From Octopus vulgaris (taxonomy: Eukaryota), in contig OX597831.1 of assembly GCA_951406725.2 (NCBI GenBank), positions 58,342,001 through 58,406,000 on the forward strand: a DNA stretch of 64,000 nucleotides. The letters run 5' to 3'. The notes under the pieces are model-generated. The model did no database searches and was not told the origin of the DNA. It worked only from the letters and a program-made list of their open reading frames with translations. Below are positions 26,403-37,983 of this stretch, one piece after another (position 1 is the first letter of the stretch; each line of letters opens with the position of its first letter). The translations under genes were made by a program, and so were the position numbers.

Positions 26403-28148
26403 CTTTAGTAGGGAATTCCCTGAATTAAAAGGTGGATTATACAGGGATGACGCCTTATTTTGTGTTAAGAATACATCTAATAGGAGATTAGATCTTCTGA
26501 AAAAAAGAATAAATAAATTTTTTAAAAGTTTCGGCCTATCCATTATCATTGAAAGTGAAAATTATTCTGCTAATTATTTAGATGTTAATTGTAACATTAC
26601 TAATGGTTTGCATGAACCTCATATTAAACCTAATTCTAACCTAATATATATTAACCGTTCAAGTAATCACCCCCTCAAATTAAAAATGCACTAGTGCGTA
26701 GCATTAGTCAGAGAATTTCTAGTTTATCCTCTAACGAGGAAATTTTTAACAAGCATTGTGATAGATACAATGCAGCATTGCTTAAGGCAGGATACAAAAG
26801 TAAGATATGGTTTATACCTAAGGGGAACCCTCCTAATGGAGGTAGAACTATTAGTAACAACACCAATAGATTTAGGATAAACAATAATAAACATAAGAAT
26901 AGTAAAAATAGAATATATGATAACACCTATAATAATTGTAGAAGTGATGTTAACCCCGGAAAGGTGAACGGTAGCTTAAATAGATCTGAGCAAACGGGTA
27001 ATAGTAGTAATATTAATAATAATATACATATTAAAACTTATGGTAGACATAATAATGGTAAAGTTTACTTGCGCAATAATCTTGGGAATATTGATATAGA
27101 TAGATATAACAATGACAGTGGTAAGAATAGTAAACTCATGGGTTGGTCTAGAAATAGGATTTTTACAAATAACAATAATTCTATAGGCAATCCTAATTCT
27201 GATAAGGATACACTCTGGTTGATTATCCCATATGCAATGTAGATTAAAACAAACATAGTGAGAGCTTTGCATAATGTTATATTTAGGCATTTTGGTAAGG
27301 ATAAGAATAAATTTAGTCCTTTAATTAACAACGGTACTGTTAGAGTGGGATATAGCATTACTCATAATCTAGCCACCATTATCTCCTCTTTTAATAACAG
27401 GAAACTGGATCACTTCTATAAGGATAGAAAATTGAATTTAGACAATGGAAATTTGCCCCTCTTTAATAATAATAGGAACAGAAACTTTCTTGGAACTAAT
27501 GTGAACAACCCCCTTACTAATAATGAGTGCACAGTACCTGCTAGAGATAATATAAATGTAATGGATGATACTACTACTACCAATACTAGTACTAGTGATA
27601 GGAATATAGCCAACAATGTGAAATTAACTCATTCGTTGATTTTGGGTTTGGATGATGATAACGATTGTAACACTTATAATGTGAATGGTAGTACAGGGGT
27701 CGGGACCAATCTTAGATTACCTCATTCTGTTAATTTCAGAAACAGAAATAAATGTGTGTTTGGTAATCAATGCCTCAGGAAGGAGGTAGTTTACCAATGC
27801 ACTGTAGATACACAATTGAGTAGTAGGGTGTACATCGGGGCAACTATGAATAGCATAAAACAGAGATTGAATTATCACAGATATACTTTTAGAAATAAAA
27901 ATAGAATGTACTCTACAGGGCTAAGTGCATACATCTGGGAACTTAAAAGTAAGAACTTAGATTTTAGATTAAACTGGAAAATACTAACTTCAGCACCTGT
28001 GTATAATGGAAAAAATAAAAAATGCTCTCTATGTTTTAATGAAATTTTTTTCATTATTAAAGCGGGTCGGCAAATTATTAACAACATAAATGAAAAAAGC
28101 TTCTTTTGCATTCATAGACTACCGTTCACCTTTTCTAGATTCAAATAG
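26401..28148 (+). pseudogene. Penelope-like element ORF remnant (probable Naiad clade): RT core end, thumb, linker and C-terminal GIY-YIG endonuclease
   Basis: Motifs seen: RT catalytic [48 protein letters not shown], and GIY-YIG VVYQC..VYIGAT..KQR..HRYTF..TGLS.YIWELK..W.IL..CSLC..E..CIH. There is a 1-nt frameshift in the C-run at about 26670 ([13 protein letters not shown]) and an in-frame TAG at 27240-27242. The 5' end is truncated at (TA)n. Confidence 0.92.
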
Positions 28149-29785
28149 AACTTAGCACTTCTACTATTAATAATTTTTTAACTCCCTTCTATAACTAACT
28201 ATACCAGTGGTCTTCTATAATTCTAAAGTATGCAACTTATAATTTTATAATTTTTATAGCTACATTTGTATAATAATAATAGATGTGTCTAGTATTATTT
28301 GTTTCTTGTTTTTTATATGTGGGCTTTTGTTTGTTTTTAAGGGAAATGCAATATGAAATGAAATAACATATTCATTTTGGTATTTGCCTTGTAATATGTG
28401 ATTTTTGAATTTTTCTAATATTGCATAGTATATATGTATATCTTGGTTAGATACCTAGCTCTAGATAATGTAATGCTATTGTGTAATATGTAATATATGA
28501 GAGCCTCTTATGAGTTTGGTTTGTTTAGGTTGAGAATATAGGTTTTTTGTATGTGTTTATTTGGCAGGTTTATATTGTATATTTGGTCTTTCTTTGTACT
28601 CACCTTAATTTGTATCTTATGCTATTTACTAATAAACCTTTTTCATTTACATACATTTGGCTTTATAAATATTACCAGCCTTATATATTTAGTTTATATC
28701 TATAGTCTTCTGGATCTGTACTTTAAATTATCCTTCCATACATATTTACTTTCATCAATATAACATATATATTCACTTTATTTTTTTATTTTATTTTAAT
28801 GTTATCTATCGCTGCATTTAGTCTTCTAATTATTTATTTATTTGCTTATTTAAGTGTAGATTTATACATACATATCAAGTCATCTAATTTGTTATCTATT
28901 TATTTTTTACTTATTTACTTATACAAGTAGTTTTATACATACATATCTATCATTTATTTTTATTTTATTTTAATAATATATGAATACATATATACTGGTT
29001 TGTACTTATAATATGTGTGTAACCGTAATTATTCCTTCTTATTTATTTTATCACATTTTATCTTAAGTATTTATAATATATAAATTTTTTAAAAAATGTC
29101 TGTGATGTTCTCATATGCGTTTGCATTAGTACTTCCCCTTGTTTATATTATTTAATGCCTAATCTGGTATATTATGGCATTAAATTTATTAAGTAAATAA
29201 GAGATATATTTATAATATATAAATTAATATATATTTTATATTTTATAACTTAGCGTACTTGGAATCATAACAAACTTACGATAAATCAAATAACCGGTAT
29301 GTTTACTATGCAACAAACCGGTGTTATAAATTTTAAGTTACCCAATGAAATAATATCTGACATCGTAACATACTGATATTTAAAAATATATTTTTATCTT
29401 TAAATTAAATATTTTTGAAATGCATGAGTGGATCTTTTTTGTTATTTGAGGCATAGTTATAATTTTGAAAGACTAAATGGCAGCATAGTTGCTTCCCCTT
29501 TTTGTTTATCTATGTGCTAGTTGTTGCTTGTGGTTATGTATGTGTATAAGTGTATGTGTGTGTGTATACATATAATTATGTATGTATGTGCGATTGATCT
29601 GTGGATGCGCGTGTGAATATTGGCGTTCCTTGACTAACCAACCGTATAATTTCTTTTGTGATTTAAATTTCAAACTACTAGCCAATCGAATTAATCTAAA
29701 TTATCATTACCTAGTGGTCAGAATTTCTAAACTCATAGTTATTTCGATCTTGAAAGGATGGACTTGATGCAAACATAACTGTATC

Positions 29786-29822
<37 letters not shown>

Positions 29823-30162
29823 ATTAATAGTAATTTTTATTGACTTTTATAGCTTTATAATTTTATGAACTGTACCATGGTTTTAATTATTATTATTTTT
29901 CATCTCCCTATGTGTTAGTTTTTCTTAAAAACTATTAGCCAAATATGTATAATAACTGTGCTTACTAATATTAATATATACACTGATATATATTTTGTTT
30001 TATTTTGTTCTGTTTACCTTGCATTATTGTACCAATGAGTATTATATGATATAAGTGTAGCATTATGAAGTTTATGCATAAGTTTTTATATTTTACATTT
30101 TCATATTTTTATATTTATATGTATATGGATAAATAATTTTTTTCACAATTATAACATATTTA

Positions 30163-30276
30163 ATTCTCTGAAGAGGCCGTGGGGCATCCTTGTTAATGCC
30201 TCATTTATACCTGCCTTTATGGCTTATAGGTTAAATGAGGTATGACTGCCCTCGCTGCCGAAACAGCTGTCAGATT
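30163..30276 (+). ncRNA. Type I hammerhead ribozyme of the PLE, with a long stem II
   Basis: Core CTGAAGA (30168-74); GGC..GCC closes an ~85-nt stem II (inner TGCCTCATTTA/TAAATGAGGTA); GAAA (30260-63); palindromic CAGCTG; GUC cleavage triplet; short stem I TCT/AGA. Confidence 0.85.
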
Positions 30277-30476
30277 TAATTACATATTATATTTGAAATT
30301 TTATACTTATATCTCTTTGTCTATTCACAATTACTGTATATTTTGTATAATGCCTTTACTGATATGTAATGGTGTAATAAAGTATTGATTGGGTATCATC
30401 TGATAGTTGATGTTTTATTGATTTAAGTATGTTTCTCCATTTTCTTATTTTGTAGTTATATATATATATTTATATA

Positions 30477-30615
30477 TTTTATTTTATAGAAGGAGCTTCT
30501 ACAGGACTAGACAGTTCTAGTCCTGTAGAAGCTCCTTCTATAAAATAAATTACTTTACTCTGCAATGTATTGAGTACCTTATTTACTGTGTTTAACCCCG
30601 ACTCAACCCGGGACC
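30477..30615 (+). mobile_element. Short PLE-like 3' end fragment with a 5' foldback (35-bp perfect inverted repeat)
   Basis: ATTTATTTTATAGAAGGAGCTTCTACAGGACTAGA-cagt-TCTAGTCCTGTAGAAGCTCCTTCTATAAAATAAAT, flanked by TA repeats. Confidence 0.55.
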
Positions 30616-30667
<52 letters not shown>

Positions 30668-31569
30668 CAAGATATCTTTGGTCTGAAGAGTAGCCTGCGG
30701 TATATATCTCGCTTGGATACACAAACACGTACACACACACACACAAACACACATACACACACACATATATATATGTATATATGTATATATATGTGTATAT
30801 ATTTATATATGTATATATATATGTATATATATATACATATATATATATGTATATATATATATGCATATATATACATACGTATACACACACACACACATAT
30901 ATATATATACATACATACATACATACATATATATACTCAAATACTTATATATATACATATATATATAAATACACATATACATATATATACACACATATAC
31001 ATACATATATATTTACATACATATGCATGTACGTATATATGGACGCATATGTATGTATGTATGTGTATATATACACAGGTATATTTTTGTCTAAAGGTAT
31101 ACAGACACATACACGCATATACTTACCTACACACGTCCATAAAACGAACTCGGTAAAACGAGTACTCGACAGAAATAAGTGTTCGGCTCGATATGACCAT
31201 CTAAAAACCCCCCTTCATGGCTGTGTCCTGGCATTGCCACTGTCTTATGATTGAAACCAGCCAAAAAAAAATTACTGAAGAACCGTACAACCAATTGAAT
31301 TGATCCTCGTCTCTCTCCTATGCTTTGTTTATTGATCTATAGAGAGATGAAAGTCAAAAACATATCTAGGCAATATTTGAACTCAGTATAAACAGTCTGA
31401 TTGAATTCTCTTGCGTTGATGCCTCTCTAGCCATCGTCAATAAGAAATTATTGATTTCTTCAGATTCAAACATGAAAACCGATAATGTTAGGATCTGACT
31501 ATTACAACCGTCACTTATCTTGAAATCACTGCTTTCGCTGATGCTACTATTAACACCACCACCACCACC

Positions 31570-31629
<60 letters not shown>

Positions 31630-31648
31630 ACTGCTGCTGCTGCTGCTG

Positions 31649-31694
<46 letters not shown>

Positions 31695-31940
31695 AACTAC
31701 TACTACTACTACTACTACCATGATTTGCCAGAATTATCTGCGTATGGTTATGAAGATTTGCTTCGCAACTACCTCGTTTCGGTTTCAAACCCACTGCTCA
31801 GTAGAATCGAAATATATAAACATGCATGCATACATAAGTACACACACACACACACATACACACACACATACATACACACAAGGGATCGTAAACTTTATGT
31901 GAAATATGATAATCACGTTAGAGCTAATAAATTCAATACA

Positions 31941-32182
31941 TGGCAGCCGGCGAGCTGGCAGTATCGTTAGTCCGCCGGGCAAAATGCTTAGCAACATTTT
32001 GTCAGTCTTTACGTTCTGAGTTCAAATTCCTCTAAGGTCGACTCTCGGGGTGGATAAATATTTACCAAATATCGACTTTCGGGGTCGATAAAATAAGTAC
32101 CAATTGAGCACTTGGGAAGATACAATCGACTTATCATTTTCCCTGGAATTTCTGGCTTTGTGAAAAAATTTGAAACCAATAT
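31941..32182 (+). mobile_element. Degenerate tRNA-derived SINE
   Basis: GGCGAGCTGGCAG..CGCCGGGCAAAATGCTTAGC..GAGTTCAAATTCC..GGGGTCGATAAAATAAGTACC. Confidence 0.7.
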
Positions 32183-32468
32183 ATTTAATGCCTGGGAAAT
32201 TAAAAAGAAATGACATGTTAATCAATGGCTGATATTATATTTTCACTTATTTAGCAAGCACAGGGAACAACTCTTGGTATGTGTTGATCTTATTTAAACC
32301 TCATTAGCGAAGCATAGTCTTTGCCTTACTTGACGAGTTTGAGGTATAAGAATGATTAGTAAATGTACAATAGTATTCTTTTATTGACACATAAAAATGG
32401 AATTGTTTAAAAATTAAGTAATTGAATTATGCCATCTATAAGTTAAAGATAAACAAGTTTGTGATACC

Positions 32469-32680
32469 TATTTCTTTACTACCCACAAGGGGGTAAACAC
32501 AGAGGGGACAAACAAGGACAGACAAAGGAATTAAGTCAATTATATCAACCCCAGTGCGTAACTGCTACTTAATTTATCGATCCCGAATGGATGAAAGGAA
32601 AAGTCGACCTCGGCGTAAATTGAACTCAGAACGTAGCGGCAGACGAAATACCGTTAAGCATTTCGCCCGGCGTGCTAACA
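32469..32680 (-). mobile_element. tRNA-derived SINE (family of 16074)
   Basis: Direct homology; imperfect TSD TTTGTGAT(A/G)CC. Confidence 0.85.
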
Positions 32681-33412
32681 TTTGTGATGCCATGCAGCAT
32701 CGTTAAAAAGATCACTAGAAATAAATATGTAATGAAAAAAAGAATAATATAAATCAATGATTAATATTTCAATTTTTCCGGCAAACAATAGATAATGTTG
32801 ACCAGATTCGGTCTACTTATGTCCTTTGTATTCTCATTATTATTTTCTTTGCTTCTCGTATTTTGTTTTCGTTGTCCCATCTACTATTCCACTCCTTCTG
32901 CTCCAGATGGCATATGCCAAATATGCCGAAAATAGACAAATTGTCAATAACCATATAATTTACCACTATAAACACGCGTCTCGAAACAAGCCGACAGAAA
33001 TTTCAAAAAATTCCGTTATTATCGTATCGGTCACAATTTGAGTTAATTCATAAGAATTTTCTCCTCGTCAGCGATAAACACGTAAGGATATTCCTCGGCC
33101 ATGCGGTCAATTTATATAACTGGAAGAAGTATTGGCTATTAGAGAGGTACCTGGACATCTAAGAGAGGCGATAAGAATAAAACATTTTATCTGTGCAACG
33201 AATCAGTAAAATCTAAAGAAACTGGTTATTGTCTTTCTCGGCAAATAGTTGATAAAATCTTTCGCAAAGCATTCCACTTTAAAGACTGGGATTTTAAATC
33301 AGAATGTTTAGTTTTTAAACTGTATTCTCTGATATAGCTCTTGAACGCATCATCACCACTAAAGTTTCTTGCCGCAGTACAAAATTAGATTTTATGAGTC
33401 ATATGGCCTTTG

Positions 33413-33597
33413 CAAGCGGCGAGCTGGCAAAATCGTTAGCACGCCGGACGAAATGCGTAACCGTGTTTCGTCTGTCGATACGTTCCGAGTTCAAATTCCG
33501 CCCAGTCATGCACTGGGGTCGATGTAATCGACTTAATCCGTTTGTCTGTCCTTGTTTGTCCCCTCTATGTTTAGCCCCTTGTGGGTAGTAAAGAAAT
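33413..33597 (+). mobile_element. tRNA-derived SINE (family of 16074) with an internal deletion
   Basis: Head GCGGCGAGCTGGCA..GAGTTCAAATTCC; tail CCCCTTGTGGGTAGTAAAGAAATA. Confidence 0.82.
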
Positions 33598-33884
33598 ATA
33601 TAACAGTGTTAAGTAAAATATATTCAATTTAGCTGAACTTAGTGATATCAAACGTATTACAATTTGTTGCTGCATTTTATTTGCTCTTTGGAATAATTGT
33701 TTAGTAAGGGCTTCTTCAGATGAGATTCTGGGATTTTACTATTGTCATTTTATATATCAGTAGAGACTCGCTACAAAGAAACCATAGATGTAAAATCCAT
33801 ACATACCTTAGTTATAGAAGAGATGAATGTTACTTAAATATGAACACACACACATACACACACAAACATATGTCCGGCACTGGT

Positions 33885-34067
33885 CGCCATGGTAGATCGT
33901 TAGCCACTACACACATTTTTTCTCTCCTTGTTTCTCTTCTTGTTTTTTCTGTGTTCCTTTCTGTAGAAGAGTGTAGGCTCGAAATGTAAAAGACTGAGCG
34001 TTATACTAATACATCTGTTTATTTTGTACACCACCTGTCTTCGTCTTTTGTTTTTTTCGTAAACTCT

Positions 34068-34070
<3 letters not shown>
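33885..34070 (+). mobile_element. Hammerhead-bearing element, family A
   Basis: CTTT CTGTAGA A GAGT gtag GCTC GAAATGTA AAAG at 33957-33992; the 3' end abuts (TA)n. Confidence 0.75.
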
Positions 34071-34134
<64 letters not shown>

Positions 34135-34213
34135 CATATTCATACATACATACATACATACATAAATGTGTGCGCACGTGCGTGTATGTATTTATGTATG
34201 GATGTATGGATGG

Positions 34214-34251
<38 letters not shown>

Positions 34252-34444
34252 TAATGTCACATATGAATATATATTTATATATATATGAATATATATTTAT
34301 ATATATATTTATTCTAATGTCACATATGAATAAAGAACAAATTCCAGTGGAAACATAAATTGCGACTCCGAACATTAAAGTGCAATTACAATAAGGAACC
34401 ATGGATACTGCACATTGTACAAAAGAAAACAACATTCGGTAGGA

Positions 34445-34533
34445 CAAAGTTTGGGGTGATATACCCTCCAGCCTTCATCAGGTGTCTTGGGGAAATTTCG
34501 AACCCGGGTTCTCATTCCTAAGGTATTTTTCGA

Positions 34534-34568
<35 letters not shown>

Positions 34569-34748
34569 TATTATTATTATCATTATTATTATTATTATGC
34601 AGGTCACTTCCTGGAATCGAACTCGGAATCTTGGGGTTAGTAACCTGCGCTCTTAACCACTACGCCATATGCCCGTGGCCAATTATGAAGTGAATATCCG
34701 TCAAATGTAAATAATATAAATAATGTACATAATTCCTCTTAAATATAG
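34445..34748 (-). mobile_element. tRNA-headed SINE carrying a hammerhead motif, with a 17-bp TSD
   Basis: TSD AACAACATTCGGTAGGA at 34428-34444 and 34749-34765. Reverse complement: A box TGGCGTAGTGG, B box GTTCGATTC, (AAT)n, then ACAC CTGATGA AGGCTG gagggtatat CACCC CAAAC (decayed GAAAC). Confidence 0.75.
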
Positions 34749-35118
34749 AACAACATTCGGTAGGAACATAGTTTATAATACAGCTATTTTATATAATATT
34801 CCCCCAATTAGTATATTAGTTATGGGCGCTGTATTAATAGGAATATATATATATACAGATTTTGTCGTAGACAAAAGTTTTCCAAATTGCTGAAAGCAAC
34901 TTGCAGAAGACAGTGAAATTTTAAAATGTTACACTGATGATAGCATTGGTAACACAATGTAATTCTTATTAGTCATGAGCCACTAATACAGAACTGCAAA
35001 ATACCACTAATAATCGCCTCACCCAGACGGTAACATTGTGAGGGTCTAGAAATGCAAAGATATAACTAGCAGCTTTATTGCTTCAAATTAAATGTAGAGG
35101 ACTAATAAGAAAATGGGA

Positions 35119-35177
<59 letters not shown>

Positions 35178-35244
35178 AGTGTGTGTGTGTTTGTGTGTGT
35201 TTGTGTGTGTACGCGTGTGTGCGTGTGGCTGTGTGATTGCCACG

Positions 35245-35470
35245 TTGGCCCAGTCCTTCGGTCTTCTTTCGACTGATAGTCAGGCTGAATTCTTGATAGG
35301 CCTCTGACAGTTTGTCCACGGGGTTGCCTCATTTGCTCCTTAGAATGCGTTGTGAGTGTTGCGTCGTCCGCGAACAGCATTTCTCTGATGAGTATCTGGC
35401 ACACCCTGGATTTTGGCAAGGGTAAGGCATAGATGAAGCCAGAGAGCATGCTGTCGGCTTTGCCGTGAGT
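35245..35470 (-). mobile_element. RTE (BovB-like) reverse transcriptase fragment
   Basis: LIREMLFADDATLTTHSKEQM, then a frameshift to DKLSEAYQEFSLTISRKKTE. Confidence 0.82.
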
Positions 35471-36377
35471 AACTCTGCTGAAATTGGTAGAACTCATCAG
35501 CGACGGTTCCGGGCACCTACTCGAGAAGAATATCATTAAAGGGAAATAATTCAATATGATATCTATTCTTTTAGATATACGTATATATATATACACACAT
35601 AATCATGTGTATATGTCACAAACTATAAAAAGCACTACAATAATAGCAAATAAATTGTTTCTTAAGCAAGAATATAAATTTTGATGTCAAGTGGAAAGTG
35701 ATTTGCATAGTCACACCAGAGAGGCATTCTATTAGACACACATGCTGTACATTTCGCAATCGTATAAAATTTTGTTTCAAAAGTTACCCTCCTTCATAAA
35801 ACATTTGGAACAGGTTTCAAGCCACATGCACAGAACCTATAAGCGTTTAAACTTTTAAATCATTTGTCAGCAAAGATGAGAATGACTTTCCTGTGTGGCT
35901 GAAATATATTTTATCATCTTTACACGAAGTCTGGTCGTTTCTTTTTGTACTGAATTTCTTGAATAATTCAACGGTTCAGGTTCCTTATAATTATTCTAAT
36001 ATGATTTTTCTCTTATAATTACGAAAAAAAAAAAAGAATTATAATATTCACTGAGATCGATATTTTCGTAAATAATAAATATCTCGAATAATCGTTATTA
36101 CAGAAACATTTCAACATTCAAATGCTATCATTATGCCTTGTCATTAAGTCATTAAGAATTGTTGTGTTATGTTTTTTTTCCAGCCGTGTTTACCAACAAT
36201 AATGAAAGATTTTAATCTTCTCAAACCGTCTATTATACGATAAACAGAAGAATAATCCATGAGAGTAACCCTACTTCATTAATTTTAATGATACAACCGA
36301 TGCAGCCTTTTATATTTTTTCAAAATACTTATTAATAATTGTTTACAAAATAGCTTTTAAAAAATTGTTTATTTTGC

Positions 36378-36520
36378 GAGCACGTGGCCTTGTAGTTAGA
36401 GATTTGGACTCACGACCATAAAGTCAGGTTTTCGATTCCTAAACTGGGCGAGGTGTTGTGGCCTTGATCAAAGCAAATCATTTCACTATATTACGCTATA
36501 TTCTGCTGAAAATGAATAGT
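36378..36520 (+). mobile_element. Degenerate tRNA-SINE head
   Basis: GTGGCCTTGTAGTTAG..TTCGATTCC..GTGTTGTGGCCTTGATCAAAGCA. Confidence 0.55.
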
Positions 36521-36621
36521 AGCCGAGTGCTGGTGTAACCCTTTTTACTTTCAACTGTCACTCATCCAGTATTCAGCTGGGTCGAGGTTGCTAAGGCCTA
36601 GTGGTTGCGTATGTATACTAG

Positions 36622-36952
36622 TAACAACATCACTTTGACCGACCAGTCCGTCAGGCGTCCATTTGACACCGCTGGTCACAGCACGCTGTCCACTCCTCTC
36701 TGGATCGCGCCTTTCTCATCCACGTGATCCCAATCGTCCTCCTGAAATCGTAATTCCACCGTCGTGGAGGTCTTCCAGGTGGTCTTTTCCGCTCACGCGG
36801 GTACCACTCGACAACTGCGTGCGTCCACCGATTATCGGTGAGCCGGGCGACGTGTCCAGCCCATCTATACTTGCTGCGTGTATACTCTGCGATGACATCT
36901 CTCACGCCGGACTTCTTTCTGATGATCTTGTTATTTATGTGCTCTCTCAACG
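36622..36952 (-). mobile_element. RTE-clade LINE 3' end (5'-truncated)
   Basis: IRKKSGVRDVI..KYRWAGHVARLTDNRWT..EWYPRERKRPPGRPPRRW..W; short 3' UTR. Confidence 0.9.
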
Positions 36953-37135
36953 AGCATTGTCGTCACTCGTGAAAGAATATGAGTCAGTAGCATGAGCCAT
37001 GCGTTAGCGAATTGTTTAGGATATCTATGTTGTTATTACATAAGCACATAAGTAACAACACAGATATCCTAAACAATTAGCTAACGCATGGCTCATGCTA
37101 CTGACTCATATTCTTTCACGAGTGACGACTATGCT
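36953..37135. repeat. 183-bp foldback palindrome (MITE-like)
   Basis: Arms of about 82 bp with 3 mismatches: GCATTGTCGTCACTCGTGAAAGAATATGAGTCAG... / ...CTGACTCATATTCTTTCACGAGTGACGACTATGC. Confidence 0.9.
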
Positions 37136-37722
37136 TTTCTGTAACAAAGACATGCCTCAGTATGGCCGTAGCTCAATGAATGAAACCAATAAAAAAAGCG
37201 CAGTTAACCCTTTCCCAGTTATACACAGTACACATATCAAGTGAAAACCAAATATTTATTTTCTGCAGTATATAATTCCGTTCTTGAACTTTTGACTATC
37301 TAAAAATCAGCTACATATTTACGATAGATATGGGAAAGAGATGTTCTTAAACCCGTTTTCATCAAATTTTTGGCACCCTATCTTCTGTTATTTTAAAAAT
37401 CACAACCATTTACTATATAATTATATGGTGCAAGATTGCCTTCACTCTTATTCGCTTTCTTCTTTCTACTACCATTCTCCTACCTCTATTCTTTTACATA
37501 GATGCATTATATTCAACCAATCTTGTTTCTGATGAATCCGCAGAATAAAAAATATACAAAAATAATTGCATTAAAACATTAAAATAATATTCCTGAGTTG
37601 TTCAGCTTCATTCATTACCTTTTTTTATTACTCTTCTTTTTATATTGCGTACTTTGTAAGCATTATTGTTTCTTTGTATACCTGTATACATACATTCATA
37701 CATACATACATACATACATACA

Positions 37723-37757
<35 letters not shown>

Positions 37758-37773
37758 GTGTGTATATGTATAC

Positions 37774-37821
<48 letters not shown>

Positions 37822-37935
37822 ATTAATATGTACGTATATAGATATATGCACATGTATGGATATATATACATGTATATGCATATATACACATATATATACA
37901 TACATATATATATGTATATATATACATATATATAT

Positions 37936-37983
<48 letters not shown>

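Larger units (their letters stand above)
26401..30460 (+). mobile_element. 5'-truncated Penelope-like retroelement including about 2 kb of AT-rich 3' region with a hammerhead
   Basis: The ORF remnant is followed by non-microsatellite AT-rich sequence containing a hammerhead motif at 30163-30276. Both ends abut TA repeats. The 3' boundary is approximate. Confidence 0.75.

Noticed and set aside
26401-30460. Selenoprotein-type Naiad (UGA read-through plus SECIS)
   Set aside because: The internal stop is TAG, there is no in-frame TGA at Cys positions in the remnant, and no clear SECIS was seen.
31366-31794. Ser/Gly-rich ORF, and similar His/Thr/Met-rich ORFs at 573, 1257, 17216 and 42554
   Set aside because: Trinucleotide repeat tracts with no splice or homology support.
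34935-34975. Hammerhead at CTGATGA-TAGCATTG..CAATG (also CTGATGA near 37529 and CTGAAGA at 30683)
   Set aside because: No GAAA or stem III follows, so these were not counted.
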